This document shows, piece by piece, positions 13,949-25,976 of a DNA stretch of 64,000 nucleotides. The position numbers and the translations under genes were made by a program. Numbering within the stretch: position 1 is the first letter of the stretch; each line of letters begins with the position of its first letter. Origin of the DNA: Escherichia phage vB_EcoM_JS09; sequence record NC_024124.2; one strand, written 5' to 3'. The notes under the pieces are model-generated. The model was not told the origin of the DNA and did no database searches. It saw nothing but the letters and a program-made list of their open reading frames with translations.

Positions 13949-14622
13949 GAGGCTCTCACAAAGTGGTAGAAAACGGTAGGAGTATCATGGTTATCAAGAG
14001 TAACCGTTTGGGCACCTAATAAATTCCATGTTCCGTATCCGGATTTTGCTTCAGACAAAATTTCTTGCGAAATTGTTACACCAAACGAAGCATATGTTGG
14101 CAACACATGACGTTGGTTATCTAAATATGTCACCTGAAGTTTATTACCTTCAGACGGATGGTCTTTATAAGAAGAAATAGCGATTTGATTAGCAATGGCT
14201 TCTTGTAAAGCTATACGAACTTGTGCCGTTAATTCGTTATCAGTCATACCGATTGTTGCTTTAACAGCAAGTCCAAATACGTTAATAACGACTGGCGTTC
14301 CAGTGGTCAAAGTATCGTCGAGAACATCACCAGAAAAAGTCCAATAATCAACTTGTGCTGTACCTTCAGGCGATACGCCTGAAGTGTTTGTGACAACAGT
14401 ACCAATATCAGCTCGTGCCATATTATGGACATCATTTATTGCAGATTCTACGTTAGCATCATAAAAACCGCGAGCTAACTGAGAAATAGTCACGGAACCT
14501 ACAGCTTGGTTGTTTAAAACATCAATTTGAGCTGGATTTTTTCTGTAATTCAAAAAATCAGCATGACGGGAAATAACTCCCGCCTTTGTATTAAGTACAG
14601 TCATTATGCAATCCTTACCCAA
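13945..14622 (-). CDS. 11: baseplate wedge / short-fibre attachment protein gp11
   Basis: 225 aa; T4 synteny. Confidence 0.88.
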   Translation of the reverse strand: MGKDCIMTVLNTKAGVISRHADFLNYRKNPAQIDVLNNQAVGSVTISQLARGFYDANVESAINDVHNMARADIGTVVTNTSGVSPEGTAQVDYWTFSGDVLDDTLTTGTPVVINVFGLAVKATIGMTDNELTAQVRIALQEAIANQIAISSYKDHPSEGNKLQVTYLDNQRHVLPTYASFGVTISQEILSEAKSGYGTWNLLGAQTVTLDNHDTPTVFYHFVRAS

Positions 14623-16409
14623 CGGTATACAGTTATAGATGGCTGAATATTAGTTATAGAACGCGCTGGAACATGAGATCCATTAGTCTTTGCATGGTCT
14701 TCACGATATTTAGTGTAAATAGGACCTTCTTCATCCGGGTCATATTGGCAACCGCCTATAATTACTGTACCATTATCATCAGAAATAAGAACCTTTTCAT
14801 CGGTTTGTGTAGCTGGTAAATCAGCATTTTCTAATGTGATGGTTGTTACACCAACGGTACCACCTGCGGTATGAGTAGGGTTACCATTGACGTCAAGGTC
14901 ATTATTATTTAATGCAAAATTAGGATCGGATGCGTCGTCATTCCAACCTGCTAATACTTTGCCTTGTCCCCAAATTTTCCACAAACCAAAACCTAAATAA
15001 GTTGCCGGATTATTAGGGTTAACCGCATTTTCGTAAATAGTCCCGACAGGATAAATTGTATCAAATATTGCTGAGATAGTCGAGAATTCACGTTCATACT
15101 TAGGAACAGGTTCTACATTAGGCCATCCAATTTTATCGAAATCGGTTAATGCAACGTCACCAGTAATTTCAATGTTAGACCCTTGAGAAACATATTTCTC
15201 ATCAGCGACATCAAGGATTTCTTCCATTTCGAGAAGAGTTCCTAAATCGTTATTAAACCATGTGATGGTAATAATGTCTTGGTCTTCAAATTGACGGTCA
15301 AATAGAATTGCGCTAGGGATATTATCAGTATATTCAATCGCATAATCTGTATACGATTGAGTCCATGTCCCACCGAGATTAGTGCATGACTCTTCAGAAT
15401 CAGCATCCACACCTTCACAACGGAAAATAGGAGTTCCAACAGTACCAGCTAATTCTTGGAGAATACCATTGAAGCGAACTTCTAATGAATTCGGGTTAGG
15501 TGGTTCTGTAGGATTAATACCAAATGCTGTAAATGGAATAGACCTGAACGTACTCAAATCAGTGACGTAAATACTTCCGTCAATAGACTTTTTAGCAGTC
15601 AATTTACTATCTAAAATGCGAACTTGGCGACGAGTATATGAACTACGCCACTGAGAAACACCATCTAGGAATGTCTCAATTTGTACAGTGTCCCCAACAT
15701 TACACGGTTGGCGTAATCTAATATTAAATCCATCGAGTGCAACCAGTTCACCAGGATTAGCGCCTGGAGAACCAAAATCACTATTATCACTGAATACATC
15801 ACCATAGTACAATTCGTTGCCACGATGTTTTACGCGAATGTTGTTAACATTATAAGAGGTCCCGTTAAAAACATCCATGAAATCGGTCTGACCTTGGGTT
15901 TCAACCAGATATTCTCTACGAGCAACATTACTAATGTCAGAGCTAACTATTTTATCAATTTGTTTGTTCTTGATGTATTCCCAACGTCCAGGAGCACAAT
16001 AAACTAATTCTAAATCAGAGAACTGGACGTTAATTTCTACCGGAGATGAAGAACCTTTAATCGTGTCTCCATTTGCCGGAATTAAAGTAACAGGGTTAAT
16101 GTTCCAAGTTGCAAATACGTCACGAGCACGAATAACTTTATTATAGTCTGCAATTGTCCCTTTAGGAAGATTTACCGAAACTCGCCCAGAAGTAGTATTA
16201 ATTGCATAAGATTTACCCCAAGCGGCCTTAAGATTAAGACCATCAGCCGCATCATAAGTCTTCCATGCGCCAGCGGCATAAGGAACTTCACCATCACCTA
16301 ATTCATAATAGATTTCGTCAAAGTTCTCATTTATTTTTTCACCACCTCGACGAAGGTAATCGCCTTGTCCGTCATCAACGACGTTACCAATTTTAATATT
16401 TTGTTTCAT
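14604..16409 (-). CDS. 10: baseplate wedge protein gp10
   Basis: 601 aa; T4 gp10 is about 602 aa; synteny. Confidence 0.9.
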   Translation of the reverse strand: MKQNIKIGNVVDDGQGDYLRRGGEKINENFDEIYYELGDGEVPYAAGAWKTYDAADGLNLKAAWGKSYAINTTSGRVSVNLPKGTIADYNKVIRARDVFATWNINPVTLIPANGDTIKGSSSPVEINVQFSDLELVYCAPGRWEYIKNKQIDKIVSSDISNVARREYLVETQGQTDFMDVFNGTSYNVNNIRVKHRGNELYYGDVFSDNSDFGSPGANPGELVALDGFNIRLRQPCNVGDTVQIETFLDGVSQWRSSYTRRQVRILDSKLTAKKSIDGSIYVTDLSTFRSIPFTAFGINPTEPPNPNSLEVRFNGILQELAGTVGTPIFRCEGVDADSEESCTNLGGTWTQSYTDYAIEYTDNIPSAILFDRQFEDQDIITITWFNNDLGTLLEMEEILDVADEKYVSQGSNIEITGDVALTDFDKIGWPNVEPVPKYEREFSTISAIFDTIYPVGTIYENAVNPNNPATYLGFGLWKIWGQGKVLAGWNDDASDPNFALNNNDLDVNGNPTHTAGGTVGVTTITLENADLPATQTDEKVLISDDNGTVIIGGCQYDPDEEGPIYTKYREDHAKTNGSHVPARSITNIQPSITVYRWVRIA

Positions 16410-17281
16410 TATTGAGCGACCCCAATTTTCTGTGTTGAGATAATTTTAACTGCTGAACGTAATCCAATAATATCGGATGTAATCGTCATAGTAGCAAAGT
16501 TGTTAATAATACTAAAGCTAATATTAGCAATCTCGTCGGTTTCATCTACATTACCAACTCGCATTACTGCAAATTCGGTAGAAAGAACTTCTGAGTTAAT
16601 TGTATCTATTAGAATATTTATTTCGCATGTTTTTATTTTTCTACCGTCGGCGGATTGGCATGTAACAAGCAATTTAGCCATGTTATAATCCGTGCGATAA
16701 AACAGAGGAATAGAAACTGTGTTTCCTGTAAGACTCCAAGTCCCATCGACAGGAGATTCTTTCTGCCCAAACATGCTATCAGTAGAATAATTCCATACTG
16801 AAGTTGGCCCATTAAGTTCAATACAACGAAGAACAACATGGGTATAAGGGGTGGAAATAACAAGATTATTAAGAACGCCTTTAATTGAACCATCGGTTAC
16901 TTGGATACTTAAAGGATTGTTAACAGAAATAGACCCATTAGAGTTTATGAATTCTACAGAGTCACCTAATTCAGGACGGTCAATAATAACAATCACACCA
17001 CCATCAGAAGCATCAATATCATGCATGGTGCCTGGTTTAATAGGAGTTTGATAATCGACAGCCTTTCCTTTTTGATAATAGCCTGTGGCATGAATAGTTT
17101 GACCTGTAGGTCCGGTTCCATCTGCTACAGCCATTTTACGTTGATCGCCAAATGCATTGTAAATAGCGTTGATATCGTCATTTATTTTATTACCACCGTC
17201 GAATAAGATATCACCTGTTGAGGCATTACCAATTTCGCCGGTATCGATTAATTGTTTAGGAGTTTGCTTAAAAAATGCCAT
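16409..17281 (-). CDS. 9: baseplate wedge / long-fibre socket protein gp9
   Basis: 290 aa; T4 synteny. Confidence 0.88.
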   Translation of the reverse strand: MAFFKQTPKQLIDTGEIGNASTGDILFDGGNKINDDINAIYNAFGDQRKMAVADGTGPTGQTIHATGYYQKGKAVDYQTPIKPGTMHDIDASDGGVIVIIDRPELGDSVEFINSNGSISVNNPLSIQVTDGSIKGVLNNLVISTPYTHVVLRCIELNGPTSVWNYSTDSMFGQKESPVDGTWSLTGNTVSIPLFYRTDYNMAKLLVTCQSADGRKIKTCEINILIDTINSEVLSTEFAVMRVGNVDETDEIANISFSIINNFATMTITSDIIGLRSAVKIISTQKIGVAQ

Positions 17282-17313
17282 AATTCTGCCTTTTGTTGTC
17301 CGATATTATATTC

Positions 17314-17321
17314 TATTTATA
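17314..17321 (-). promoter_or_regulatory. T4-type late promoter TATAAATA upstream of gene 9
   Basis: tatttata on plus strand about 35 nt upstream of gene 9 start. Confidence 0.55.
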
Positions 17322-17333
17322 GATACAAAAATG

Positions 17334-17350
17334 GGAGCCCGAAGGCTCCC
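17334..17350 (-). terminator. hairpin gggagcc-cgaa-ggctccc downstream of gene 8
   Basis: 7-bp GC stem with CGAA loop, followed by a T-run on the minus strand. Confidence 0.5.
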
Positions 17351-17353
17351 TAA

Positions 17354-18358
17354 TTAAAACATAAACAAAATGTTAATTTCTTCTGTTTGGTCCATTGCCA
17401 TAATAACAGGTGGTCGGTTTTCCATATAAATCATTTCACCTGAATGACGCTGCAGGTCTCTAGGGTCGTAATAATCCTTTTCTGCTTTAACATTAGGGTC
17501 ATTTGGATTTTTCTTAGCTTCTAAAGGGTTTGCGATAATTGATATCTGTCTAAAACCCTTGTTACCAGGCAAAGCTGCCTCAGGGAAATAAACAGAATCA
17601 AAATATGCTTTAAACCGCATCGTATTGGCTTTAACACGGTAAATCAAGCCGTAGTCATCTTGTTGCCAAGTTAAGTTATTTTCATATCCCCAACGGGTGG
17701 GGTCTTCTTTAATTTCTTCCGGCCATGGAACTACAAGATATTCATTAGTGCAACGGTTAATTGACACATCTGCAGGAATCTCATAAAGATATTCCCAAAT
17801 ATATCCATCACCGGTTTCTATAACCCCATTAGCATCGCCTCTGCCTTCAGGAGGAGACATAGAACGAACAGACGGGGTCCATTTACCACCTAATTTAAGA
17901 CATTCATCTTTATTATCTAAAGATTCTATTGAACAGAGCCCTACGTCAGGGACATCTAAACAACGGTAAATTAACCAACCAGCTCCAACTTCTGTCGCGT
18001 TGTACGGAGCAGTATTACATGCGACTATATCGTTAATTCTAAACGTGTAAGGGTCTGGATATCGCACATCTCCCCAATCACGTCTAGGAATAACAGAATC
18101 TAACATTGAAGGTAAAACTTTAACGGTGCCCATCATATGGGTCCACATATCAGTAACACCAAGAACAGAATCTGTAGGATAAGGTGGGGCGAAGCCCACC
18201 TCATTTTCATTTGACGCCCAAGGCTCTGAACGTCCAAACGTAATATAAATGGAGTTCTTATCATCTCCATCCCCAACTGAATTATAAAAATTCAGCATTT
18301 TCTCTGTTCTAAATTTTGATGTAACTATTGCACGATAGATAACACTTGAATCATTCAT
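17354..18358 (-). CDS. 8: baseplate wedge protein gp8
   Basis: 334 aa, same as T4 gp8; synteny. Confidence 0.9.
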   Translation of the reverse strand: MNDSSVIYRAIVTSKFRTEKMLNFYNSVGDGDDKNSIYITFGRSEPWASNENEVGFAPPYPTDSVLGVTDMWTHMMGTVKVLPSMLDSVIPRRDWGDVRYPDPYTFRINDIVACNTAPYNATEVGAGWLIYRCLDVPDVGLCSIESLDNKDECLKLGGKWTPSVRSMSPPEGRGDANGVIETGDGYIWEYLYEIPADVSINRCTNEYLVVPWPEEIKEDPTRWGYENNLTWQQDDYGLIYRVKANTMRFKAYFDSVYFPEAALPGNKGFRQISIIANPLEAKKNPNDPNVKAEKDYYDPRDLQRHSGEMIYMENRPPVIMAMDQTEEINILFMF

Positions 18359-21300
18359 CTAATTTAACCTGTGGTGGATTCACGGGGTCTCTTGGATTTC
18401 CTACATTATCGATTAACCGTTGTTCAACCAAATCTCTAAATCTAGAGAATGTTGTTCCGGACGCATCAAATAATGGGCTCATCAGTTTACGACGTTCCGA
18501 TGGAAGTTGACCTTGAAATACAGAGTTATTGTTTTCAGCGTTATAATCTTCAGGCAATGGATAATCTTGACCAGCCATAGGGCCTATTTCATATATCGCT
18601 TTACCTGTAATAGGGTCAAACTCAACATTTCCTTGTGGGTCTAATTTAGCCACTCGGTCTGCATATTTAGTCGGTAATCCAGAATCCCACTTATAGTTTT
18701 TGTATTTATTAATAATGGTTTCAACATGTTTAAGTGTTAATCCGGTGTTAATAAACATTGTGAGAAGGGTAATTGCGATAAATCCAAATCCAACCGGATG
18801 AACAAAACGTAATACGTCTGATTTCCAACGAGATGATGGAAGTTTAGATTTAATCTTCATTACGTAGTATGCTCTACCACGATTTATGTAATCGATGTTG
18901 TTCTGAGAAAGCTCTTTACCTTTAATACCACGAACAATTTCACCTTCAAAACCAGGGAGTCTTTCAGCTTTAACTTCCTGTCCTTGAATTAAACGACCTA
19001 AGAGGTTGTGAATTGTTACGGTCCATTGTAATTTACCTTTAGAGTAACTTCTCTCGATATACGTCACATTACAACGTCCTGTAGCGGTGTATATAGTTTG
19101 TCCGACCAAATCTTCTGTCAACGAATCAGATTCAATGATGATATCGTATTCGGTCCCGGAACTAGATTCAATTTCAATTTCAACATCTTCGTTATAAAGC
19201 ACTTTAAACAAGAATTTATATGATGCTTCAGTTCCTTTAGTTGAATAGAAGTCATAACTTCTTGATTCAAAGAAACGAGACACTAAATCGCGTTTTTCAG
19301 CGTTTAAGTAAATGTTTCGTTTATAAATCTCAGACCATAAATATTCCCACGCATGTTCTTCGCGTGGATATTGATTTTTAATAAGATTTAAAAGGTTGTT
19401 ATAATGTGTCCCATAACCGTCAGAAAGATATTGAATATAAGCCTCGCAGAATGCTTCGAAGTTTGTATTATCTAAAAGATAAGACTCTGGCATCATTGTA
19501 GTGAGTAATGGACGTAAATCTGGGTCCGCGATACCATTCTCTTCCACAGGAGTCCATGTGGTATCTTTTTCTTGGTTTTGTAACGATGCTGTTAAGAATA
19601 TATTAGTAGGCTTCCAAATTATAGAAACATTATCTCTAACACGGTAACTAAAATCATAATAAGAAATAATCTCACCTGATGCTTTATAGAAAATCATGCC
19701 AGATGCATATTTTTTAAATCCGGTGAAATCTACGTTAGGCATCACTATTGTACAGTCACCGTCATTCCAATATTCATGAACTTCACGGTCTGAAGAACTA
19801 AGTGGATGATTCTCAATAACCTTAGTGTAAAGTAAATCAGAATAAATTACAACGGCCTTGTCTGAGTTATTAATCCAACACCGAGTACCAGACTTTCTAG
19901 AATAACTAAAGAACGGCTCAGCATAGTATTCCATCGGTTGAGGAGTGAACGATTCCCATTGAGAGTCTTCAGTTGAAATAAATGCCATCATATGATAATG
20001 TTTATCAGCCAACCATTCGCGAGGATACTCATATTTAACAGCACCGATTAAACCGTACTTGACTTGTGTTTTTGGGTCATCAACAATATCTGATTCTAAA
20101 AATTTAAAATTACTAGATGAAATAGATAACTCAACACCATCAGTAGACATACTGGTGTACCCAGGTTCAATACGACGGCGTTCTTCTTCAGTATTACCAA
20201 ACACACGTTTAAATGTGCCAGCGTCATGGTCTAGAACGTAAACACCCTTATCAACAGAATCAACAATAGGAGTGGTCCTCGGGTCGTCGTTAAGATTAAC
20301 AACTTCGCCGATAATCAGTGCAAATATTTTACCACCGACAGAATCCATTTTATAGCAAACTGCCTTAGGGTTACCTGTGATGTTAAATGTTTCTTGTTCA
20401 AACAAACGTTCGGAATATGTCGGAGATAACGGGTCTGAATCAATAGGGGCATTACTAGTTTTAATAAAACGAACTTTATCTCGAGCAGCAACGTATACAT
20501 AATCGTCATTGCAAACGATAGCTTCTGCAATACGTGATACGTTAGCAGGTAATGATGCATAGTTACCAAATATTTCTACATCAAATCCTAAATTTAACTG
20601 GTCACCAATTTTAGCAAATGTTATATCTTGAGAACTAAATCTCACATCATCAGCGGACCAACGAACGTCTGTTGATTTACGGCCGTAAAATAATTTATCA
20701 TACCCAAGAACATATGTGGTGTGATCTGTCTGGTAATACACTGTTCTTGATACAGGGTACCCTACACGGTCATTAAACAATTTAACCGATTTCCAGGTTT
20801 GTCCCTTATCATTAGAGACTTTAACCACAGGCTGATATCGTTCAAACAAATAAAGAATTCCTTCGGATTCCATCAAATAAACACGGTTTATATCATGACA
20901 CACCTGTTGAATCGAACCTTGAATTTCATGATACTCATTTTCGCCAATAATGAAATTTTTAATAGATGAAATATCAGCATAAGCAGGGCTAAATTGGAAC
21001 GATTCATTCATTAGAGCTGCCATTATAGTGTCGTTATTAAAATCGACATAAGCCATGTTATTATTTGTAAATTTTTCTCTAATAAAAGTGTTAGCCAATT
21101 GCATTTCAATCATATGTTGAAATGTATACGCGTTAGTCTGAAATGATTCAAATATTTCGGTATATACCCAATCAGATCTCTCGAATCCTTCAGCGGCAGT
21201 TGATACACGAATAATATAAGAAGTTAATGGGTCTAAGCTACTTTCGAACCAGTCGCTATTAGGAGTATATCCTAAATTTACCCATCTGTAGCTGGCAGGG

Positions 21301-21449
21301 GGAATTATTTCCCCGTCTGCCGTTTTAGTCTCAGCGATTTCTACGAAATAGTAGAAATTAGCACCAACGTCATCCCAGCGTATTTGAACTTGGTTAGCGG
21401 ACAACTTGGATATTCTGAGACTTGTGACTGCTGGCGCTTTTACTGTCAT
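18351..21449 (-). CDS. 7: baseplate wedge protein gp7
   Basis: 1032 aa, same as T4 gp7. Confidence 0.92.
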   Translation of the reverse strand: MTVKAPAVTSLRISKLSANQVQIRWDDVGANFYYFVEIAETKTADGEIIPPASYRWVNLGYTPNSDWFESSLDPLTSYIIRVSTAAEGFERSDWVYTEIFESFQTNAYTFQHMIEMQLANTFIREKFTNNNMAYVDFNNDTIMAALMNESFQFSPAYADISSIKNFIIGENEYHEIQGSIQQVCHDINRVYLMESEGILYLFERYQPVVKVSNDKGQTWKSVKLFNDRVGYPVSRTVYYQTDHTTYVLGYDKLFYGRKSTDVRWSADDVRFSSQDITFAKIGDQLNLGFDVEIFGNYASLPANVSRIAEAIVCNDDYVYVAARDKVRFIKTSNAPIDSDPLSPTYSERLFEQETFNITGNPKAVCYKMDSVGGKIFALIIGEVVNLNDDPRTTPIVDSVDKGVYVLDHDAGTFKRVFGNTEEERRRIEPGYTSMSTDGVELSISSSNFKFLESDIVDDPKTQVKYGLIGAVKYEYPREWLADKHYHMMAFISTEDSQWESFTPQPMEYYAEPFFSYSRKSGTRCWINNSDKAVVIYSDLLYTKVIENHPLSSSDREVHEYWNDGDCTIVMPNVDFTGFKKYASGMIFYKASGEIISYYDFSYRVRDNVSIIWKPTNIFLTASLQNQEKDTTWTPVEENGIADPDLRPLLTTMMPESYLLDNTNFEAFCEAYIQYLSDGYGTHYNNLLNLIKNQYPREEHAWEYLWSEIYKRNIYLNAEKRDLVSRFFESRSYDFYSTKGTEASYKFLFKVLYNEDVEIEIESSSGTEYDIIIESDSLTEDLVGQTIYTATGRCNVTYIERSYSKGKLQWTVTIHNLLGRLIQGQEVKAERLPGFEGEIVRGIKGKELSQNNIDYINRGRAYYVMKIKSKLPSSRWKSDVLRFVHPVGFGFIAITLLTMFINTGLTLKHVETIINKYKNYKWDSGLPTKYADRVAKLDPQGNVEFDPITGKAIYEIGPMAGQDYPLPEDYNAENNNSVFQGQLPSERRKLMSPLFDASGTTFSRFRDLVEQRLIDNVGNPRDPVNPPQVKLDE

Positions 21450-23419
21450 TGTGAAATAGGCTCCAAATCTATAGTTAAGTACTGAGGACGTAAGTCATTT
21501 TCGAATACGATTAAAGAACCATCCTTTGTAAAAATAATATCATCTGCAGGGTCGGAATAAAGTTCAATTGTTTGAACTTCAAAACGGTCTGAAGTGAGGT
21601 CAATTTTAGCAATGTTCCAATAAATCGAATCGGCAGGATAATTCACTTCACCAATTGAATAGTATTTGTTTCGTCCGTCAGTAACAGTAAGTTTATTAAA
21701 ATCATTACCTGTATAAGGTTGTATATTTTCGTTTTCAACAACATCGCCGTCTGCAAATGGACCAATAATAACTTGACCTATGCCACGGTCATTACGGTCA
21801 GAAGATACTATGCGAACACCGTATTTAATAGTTTCGTTTGCATTTTCTGGATTAGGTCTGTGCGAATCAAACGAGAATATATTAGATTCCATCGATCTAT
21901 CTTTAATCTGATTATTGTATTTAATACCGGCCTCAGGCGTTTTATAGAAGTTTTGTACTTCGCGAACCATTTGAATAGTAGCTGAAGAACCAATAATAGA
22001 AATATCTGCATCATCGACATAAGTTAGCATTTTAGATTTTGCAAACGATGAGTTAAAAATTTCTACATCTTCAATATAATAACGGTCAATTTTATTAATA
22101 ATCTGCCCTTCAAGATATTGTTCTGATTCTTGGAGTTTATTCAACGCGTATGTAACTTTGATATTCATTTTGATAAACAAATAATCAGGCGAAATAACAA
22201 CAGGTGTAATAGTCCCTAAGTTATAATCATTCAAATAGTTTTTGATATCATCTCGTTGGACGGAAGTCAAATACAACCCAGACTTAGGTTTAGCAGCAAT
22301 AAATGCGTACCCAGGCTTAGATGAATCTGTGAATGTTTGAACCGCTTGAATAATAGAACCAAACCGCTCAGAGACGAATGTGTCATAGTCAGAAGCGGTT
22401 ACACAACGTTGTTGAGTTTCGCGTTTAATTGTGCCTAATTCGCGGATACGTTCAATATCTTCAGGGTCGCCACCGCCATCAGCCCCAACAAAGTCTGGGT
22501 TATTGCTAGGGTTCTCGTTAATATCGATTACCGTGATATTAGCTAATGTATCAGCATAAGAAAATCCTACAGCACCGTTAGCATCTGCACCATTAGTAGA
22601 AATATACTCAATTACGATTTTAGAACCCTGAACAGGTTTAAGGCCACCAATATAGTTAGATGTTAACGCACCTTCTGATGTGTTAATAGAGATTTCACCT
22701 TCACCAAAATAAAATTCAGTGTTCCCATCAACTGTTTCACGCATATAATAGATTGTTGACGTAGAACCAGCGTGAACCATCGACTTACGAGTCCAGTTAA
22801 TCCATTCTGCTCCGTCAACATACAACTTAACTAAATTACGGTCAATGTTCTTATCACGAATAATGATAGGTTTTAATCTATCAAATGTTAATTCAGTGCG
22901 AACAATACGACCCTGAGCTAATCGAAGACGTGGAAAATATTGGTTATTTTTGTCTTTAACTACAATGACATCTTCAGTAGAAACAAAGTTATACGGGTTA
23001 ACAGAAGTATCTTTAGCGTATGCTAAGAAACGAGTGCCACGTGGAATGGTGATATAGTTTCTATTTAATGCATCCGTACATGTGAGCATAATTTCTGTTT
23101 GTGCTGCTGATTTAGATGAAGGCAGATATCCGTTATCTTGAGCCGCTTGTACAACAGAACTACGCAAGTTTGCAGTACGCATAAAACTTTCATACACTGC
23201 ACTATTACTGAACTGTTGGATGTAAAGAGTGTTATATGCTAAAAGGTCACACAATACGTTTAAACGCGAACCTTCAAAATCATAATCAAGAAATTCATTC
23301 TGCCCGTTGAGCCATTCGATAATGTTCTGTTTGATTTCGGCAAATGTGCCCCCGATAAAAATCTCGGGAATAGCATTCGCTGTTCGGGTTAATTGATAAT
23401 TTACAGGAGTGTTTGCCAT
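21446..23419 (-). CDS. 6: baseplate wedge protein gp6
   Basis: Track ORF 21446..23476; start moved to internal Met (MANTPVNYQLTRTANAIPEIF...) that matches the T4 gp6 N-terminus. Confidence 0.9.
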   Translation of the reverse strand: MANTPVNYQLTRTANAIPEIFIGGTFAEIKQNIIEWLNGQNEFLDYDFEGSRLNVLCDLLAYNTLYIQQFSNSAVYESFMRTANLRSSVVQAAQDNGYLPSSKSAAQTEIMLTCTDALNRNYITIPRGTRFLAYAKDTSVNPYNFVSTEDVIVVKDKNNQYFPRLRLAQGRIVRTELTFDRLKPIIIRDKNIDRNLVKLYVDGAEWINWTRKSMVHAGSTSTIYYMRETVDGNTEFYFGEGEISINTSEGALTSNYIGGLKPVQGSKIVIEYISTNGADANGAVGFSYADTLANITVIDINENPSNNPDFVGADGGGDPEDIERIRELGTIKRETQQRCVTASDYDTFVSERFGSIIQAVQTFTDSSKPGYAFIAAKPKSGLYLTSVQRDDIKNYLNDYNLGTITPVVISPDYLFIKMNIKVTYALNKLQESEQYLEGQIINKIDRYYIEDVEIFNSSFAKSKMLTYVDDADISIIGSSATIQMVREVQNFYKTPEAGIKYNNQIKDRSMESNIFSFDSHRPNPENANETIKYGVRIVSSDRNDRGIGQVIIGPFADGDVVENENIQPYTGNDFNKLTVTDGRNKYYSIGEVNYPADSIYWNIAKIDLTSDRFEVQTIELYSDPADDIIFTKDGSLIVFENDLRPQYLTIDLEPISQ

Positions 23420-23427
23420 TTTAATTC

Positions 23428-23721
23428 CTATTTTATAAAGACTTTTGACGAGGCCTGAGAAACAGTATCCCCGCATGAAATTGGGTCGGCCATTTGAACG
23501 GCCTTTTTACCGGTGACGTATACTTTGGATGTACGAGGTTCAGTAACACCTCCATGAGTCTCGTATGGTTTTTTAATTTCTGTATGAGGTGTTATTTGGT
23601 CTCCTGCCACAAGAACAGGAATACCACCGGTGAACACTTTAGATTGGGAAGCATTTATTACAGTAGGAGGCCATGCTTCATGACCTGTTGTAACGCACTT
23701 GTCGTAACTTAAGCCAGACAT
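23428..23721 (-). CDS. 5.4: PAAR-type spike tip protein gp5.4
   Basis: Track ORF 23428..23775; start at internal Met [21 protein letters not shown]..., 97 aa, matches T4 gp5.4. Confidence 0.85.
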   Translation of the reverse strand: MSGLSYDKCVTTGHEAWPPTVINASQSKVFTGGIPVLVAGDQITPHTEIKKPYETHGGVTEPRTSKVYVTGKKAVQMADPISCGDTVSQASSKVFIK

Positions 23722-23723
23722 TT

Positions 23724-24239
23724 TCACGGCCTCACATAAACATAGTTTCGTAATTGTTGAGCCCATTTGCTCCAATTTCCTACTATAGTTTTTGTATAAA
23801 CCTTAGTAAGAGTTTTTTGTACTGGAGCCGGTGGAGGTTCTGTACCAGAGTCACTTCTAGAACCGCCTGATGAACTTTCTTCTTGGTAGTTATAAATCAT
23901 TTCAACCGTATAACTAAACACTTTACGAAGATTCTGAGGAGCTCTCCACAAATATAACTGTGTGGATTCATCTTTTGGTAAATCATCCCATGAAGATGCG
24001 GTTTCAAAATCATCATTTAATCGGTATTTCAATGCATCCGAAGAAAAGCTAAACACACTTTCATATGTTCCATATAAACGATTACCATCTACCGTAATGC
24101 CTTGTGTCGGTTCATAATCTGTTATATTTATTGACACTAAAGTTTCGGTTGGTTCTAACTGTGGAGTAAAAAGGACGTCAATAGACGCCCCTTCCATGTC
24201 TTCTCCTAAGTCGGTATTTAAAGGAAGTATTTGTGCCAT
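23724..24239 (-). CDS. 5.1: gp5.1-position conserved hypothetical protein
   Basis: 171 aa ORF between 5 and 5.4 as in T4. Confidence 0.6.
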   Translation of the reverse strand: MAQILPLNTDLGEDMEGASIDVLFTPQLEPTETLVSINITDYEPTQGITVDGNRLYGTYESVFSFSSDALKYRLNDDFETASSWDDLPKDESTQLYLWRAPQNLRKVFSYTVEMIYNYQEESSSGGSRSDSGTEPPPAPVQKTLTKVYTKTIVGNWSKWAQQLRNYVYVRP

Positions 24240-24242
24240 ATA

Positions 24243-25976
24243 TTACCCAATATCAATACGAGATCCGTCAACAGTGTATTGTCCTGAAGCTACTGAGCTC
24301 ATTGTAGACATTGTTTCTGCCCAATCCCCAGCAACAGTCATATCAACATTACCATTAACAGTCCATTTGACGTTTCCGTTGACGGTGTAATCATGATTCC
24401 CTTCGACCTGAGTTTTAGCATCACCTTTAACAAGAATATCCGCATTTCCGTCAACGACTATTTTGATATTACCCTTAACGTAAAGAGTTCCATCGCCTTC
24501 AACAGTTTTAGATTGGTTACCACGAATAAAGATTGTATCATTGCCGTCTATTTGATGGAGGCGGTCTGCCATGTTATAATATATTTCATTAGCACCAACG
24601 TTAACAAGTTTATCACCGGAAATCAAGAAGTTCCCATCGCCATTAGTGATGTCAAAAAGGTCTTCTACAGTTTTACGAGTACGACGCCCAGACGGAGAAA
24701 CTTCCTCATATGACCCTGTTGGATGAACTAAGCGATAACGTTCATTACCTGGAGTATCGTCAAATTCTTGGATATGACCGCTTTCCGTTTCCATAGCATG
24801 AACGTATGGATACTCACCACGATAACTTGATTCAGGTTCTTTAAAAAGGATACGTGAATCTAACGGAACAGGAGGACCAGCTGGGTCTTCTGGATCAGTA
24901 TTTCTAGTAACTAAATCGGCACCAACTCCTGGTGAAGGTGGTGTTTTAACAGGAACGCCATATGATTCCATGTTACCAGTTAAAATAATTGTTGTTACAC
25001 GTGAAGCACGCCCTTTAGTCTGTTGGAACCATAACGAATCACGCCCAGATTTGTATGCGGTTTTCCAATCACCTGTGGCCATTGCTTTAAGCATAGTATT
25101 GAATTTTGCTACACCGCCGACGCCCATCTGGAAGCACATGTTTTCTAATGCCATTTGGCGAGATCTGTTCATTTTAGCATAAACAGGACCTACTTTAGAA
25201 TTAGAACGAATGTCTTTCTGCATCTTAGCAAGGTCCTTCTCAAATAACGCTGTTGCTTCTTCTAATGTAATAGTTCCCGGATTTCCTGTTACTTCACGCC
25301 CTACTTGATCAGATAACAATTTATTAATTCGAGACATATCTCTGGTCTTTTCCATTACGATAAGGTGTCCAATACCTACTGTAGGATACCCGAGATGGTC
25401 CCAATACACTTTATCACGAAGACCTTCGTCACGACGTAACATTTCTGTTATTGTAAAATTAGGGTCATCATCTTCTGGAATATTTGCTAAATCTGTATCA
25501 TCTGGGTTTATACCATAATCCAAGTTGTTATCTTGAATTACGTTAGAGTTCGAATAATAACCAGCTTCACCACCTTGGTTTAGTACGTTCGTATCATTAC
25601 CTAAACGTCGCGGATACTGGCCTGTCGGGTCTGAAAAACCTTCAAGTCTATTAGGCTTTTCACGTACTATTCCGCCGTATGTACCAAGTACAATCCCGTT
25701 TGTTTTCCATTTGTCTAAGAAATGACCATATACTCGAGTTCCTTCAACAGGACCTGTAACAGAACCACCAATACCTGACATTGATGCAGACGTAATAGGT
25801 TGAATAACAGTCATCCATGGAAGTTTTTCTGTAGGAATACCTTGTACATCACCTTGTGTTCTCTGCGCTGGATGAAGACCAACGACTCGAACTCGAACTC
25901 GCCCTTGTTTTAACGGGTCCATTCTGTCCTCGACAACACCCACGAACCAATTAAGGCTACTGCTAATCATTTCCAT
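24243..25976 (-). CDS. 5: baseplate hub / cell-puncturing device with lysozyme domain gp5
   Basis: 577 aa; lysozyme-domain motif MLRRDEGLRDKVYWDHLGYPTVGIGHLI; C-terminal beta-helix repeats. Confidence 0.95.
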   Translation of the reverse strand: MEMISSSLNWFVGVVEDRMDPLKQGRVRVRVVGLHPAQRTQGDVQGIPTEKLPWMTVIQPITSASMSGIGGSVTGPVEGTRVYGHFLDKWKTNGIVLGTYGGIVREKPNRLEGFSDPTGQYPRRLGNDTNVLNQGGEAGYYSNSNVIQDNNLDYGINPDDTDLANIPEDDDPNFTITEMLRRDEGLRDKVYWDHLGYPTVGIGHLIVMEKTRDMSRINKLLSDQVGREVTGNPGTITLEEATALFEKDLAKMQKDIRSNSKVGPVYAKMNRSRQMALENMCFQMGVGGVAKFNTMLKAMATGDWKTAYKSGRDSLWFQQTKGRASRVTTIILTGNMESYGVPVKTPPSPGVGADLVTRNTDPEDPAGPPVPLDSRILFKEPESSYRGEYPYVHAMETESGHIQEFDDTPGNERYRLVHPTGSYEEVSPSGRRTRKTVEDLFDITNGDGNFLISGDKLVNVGANEIYYNMADRLHQIDGNDTIFIRGNQSKTVEGDGTLYVKGNIKIVVDGNADILVKGDAKTQVEGNHDYTVNGNVKWTVNGNVDMTVAGDWAETMSTMSSVASGQYTVDGSRIDIG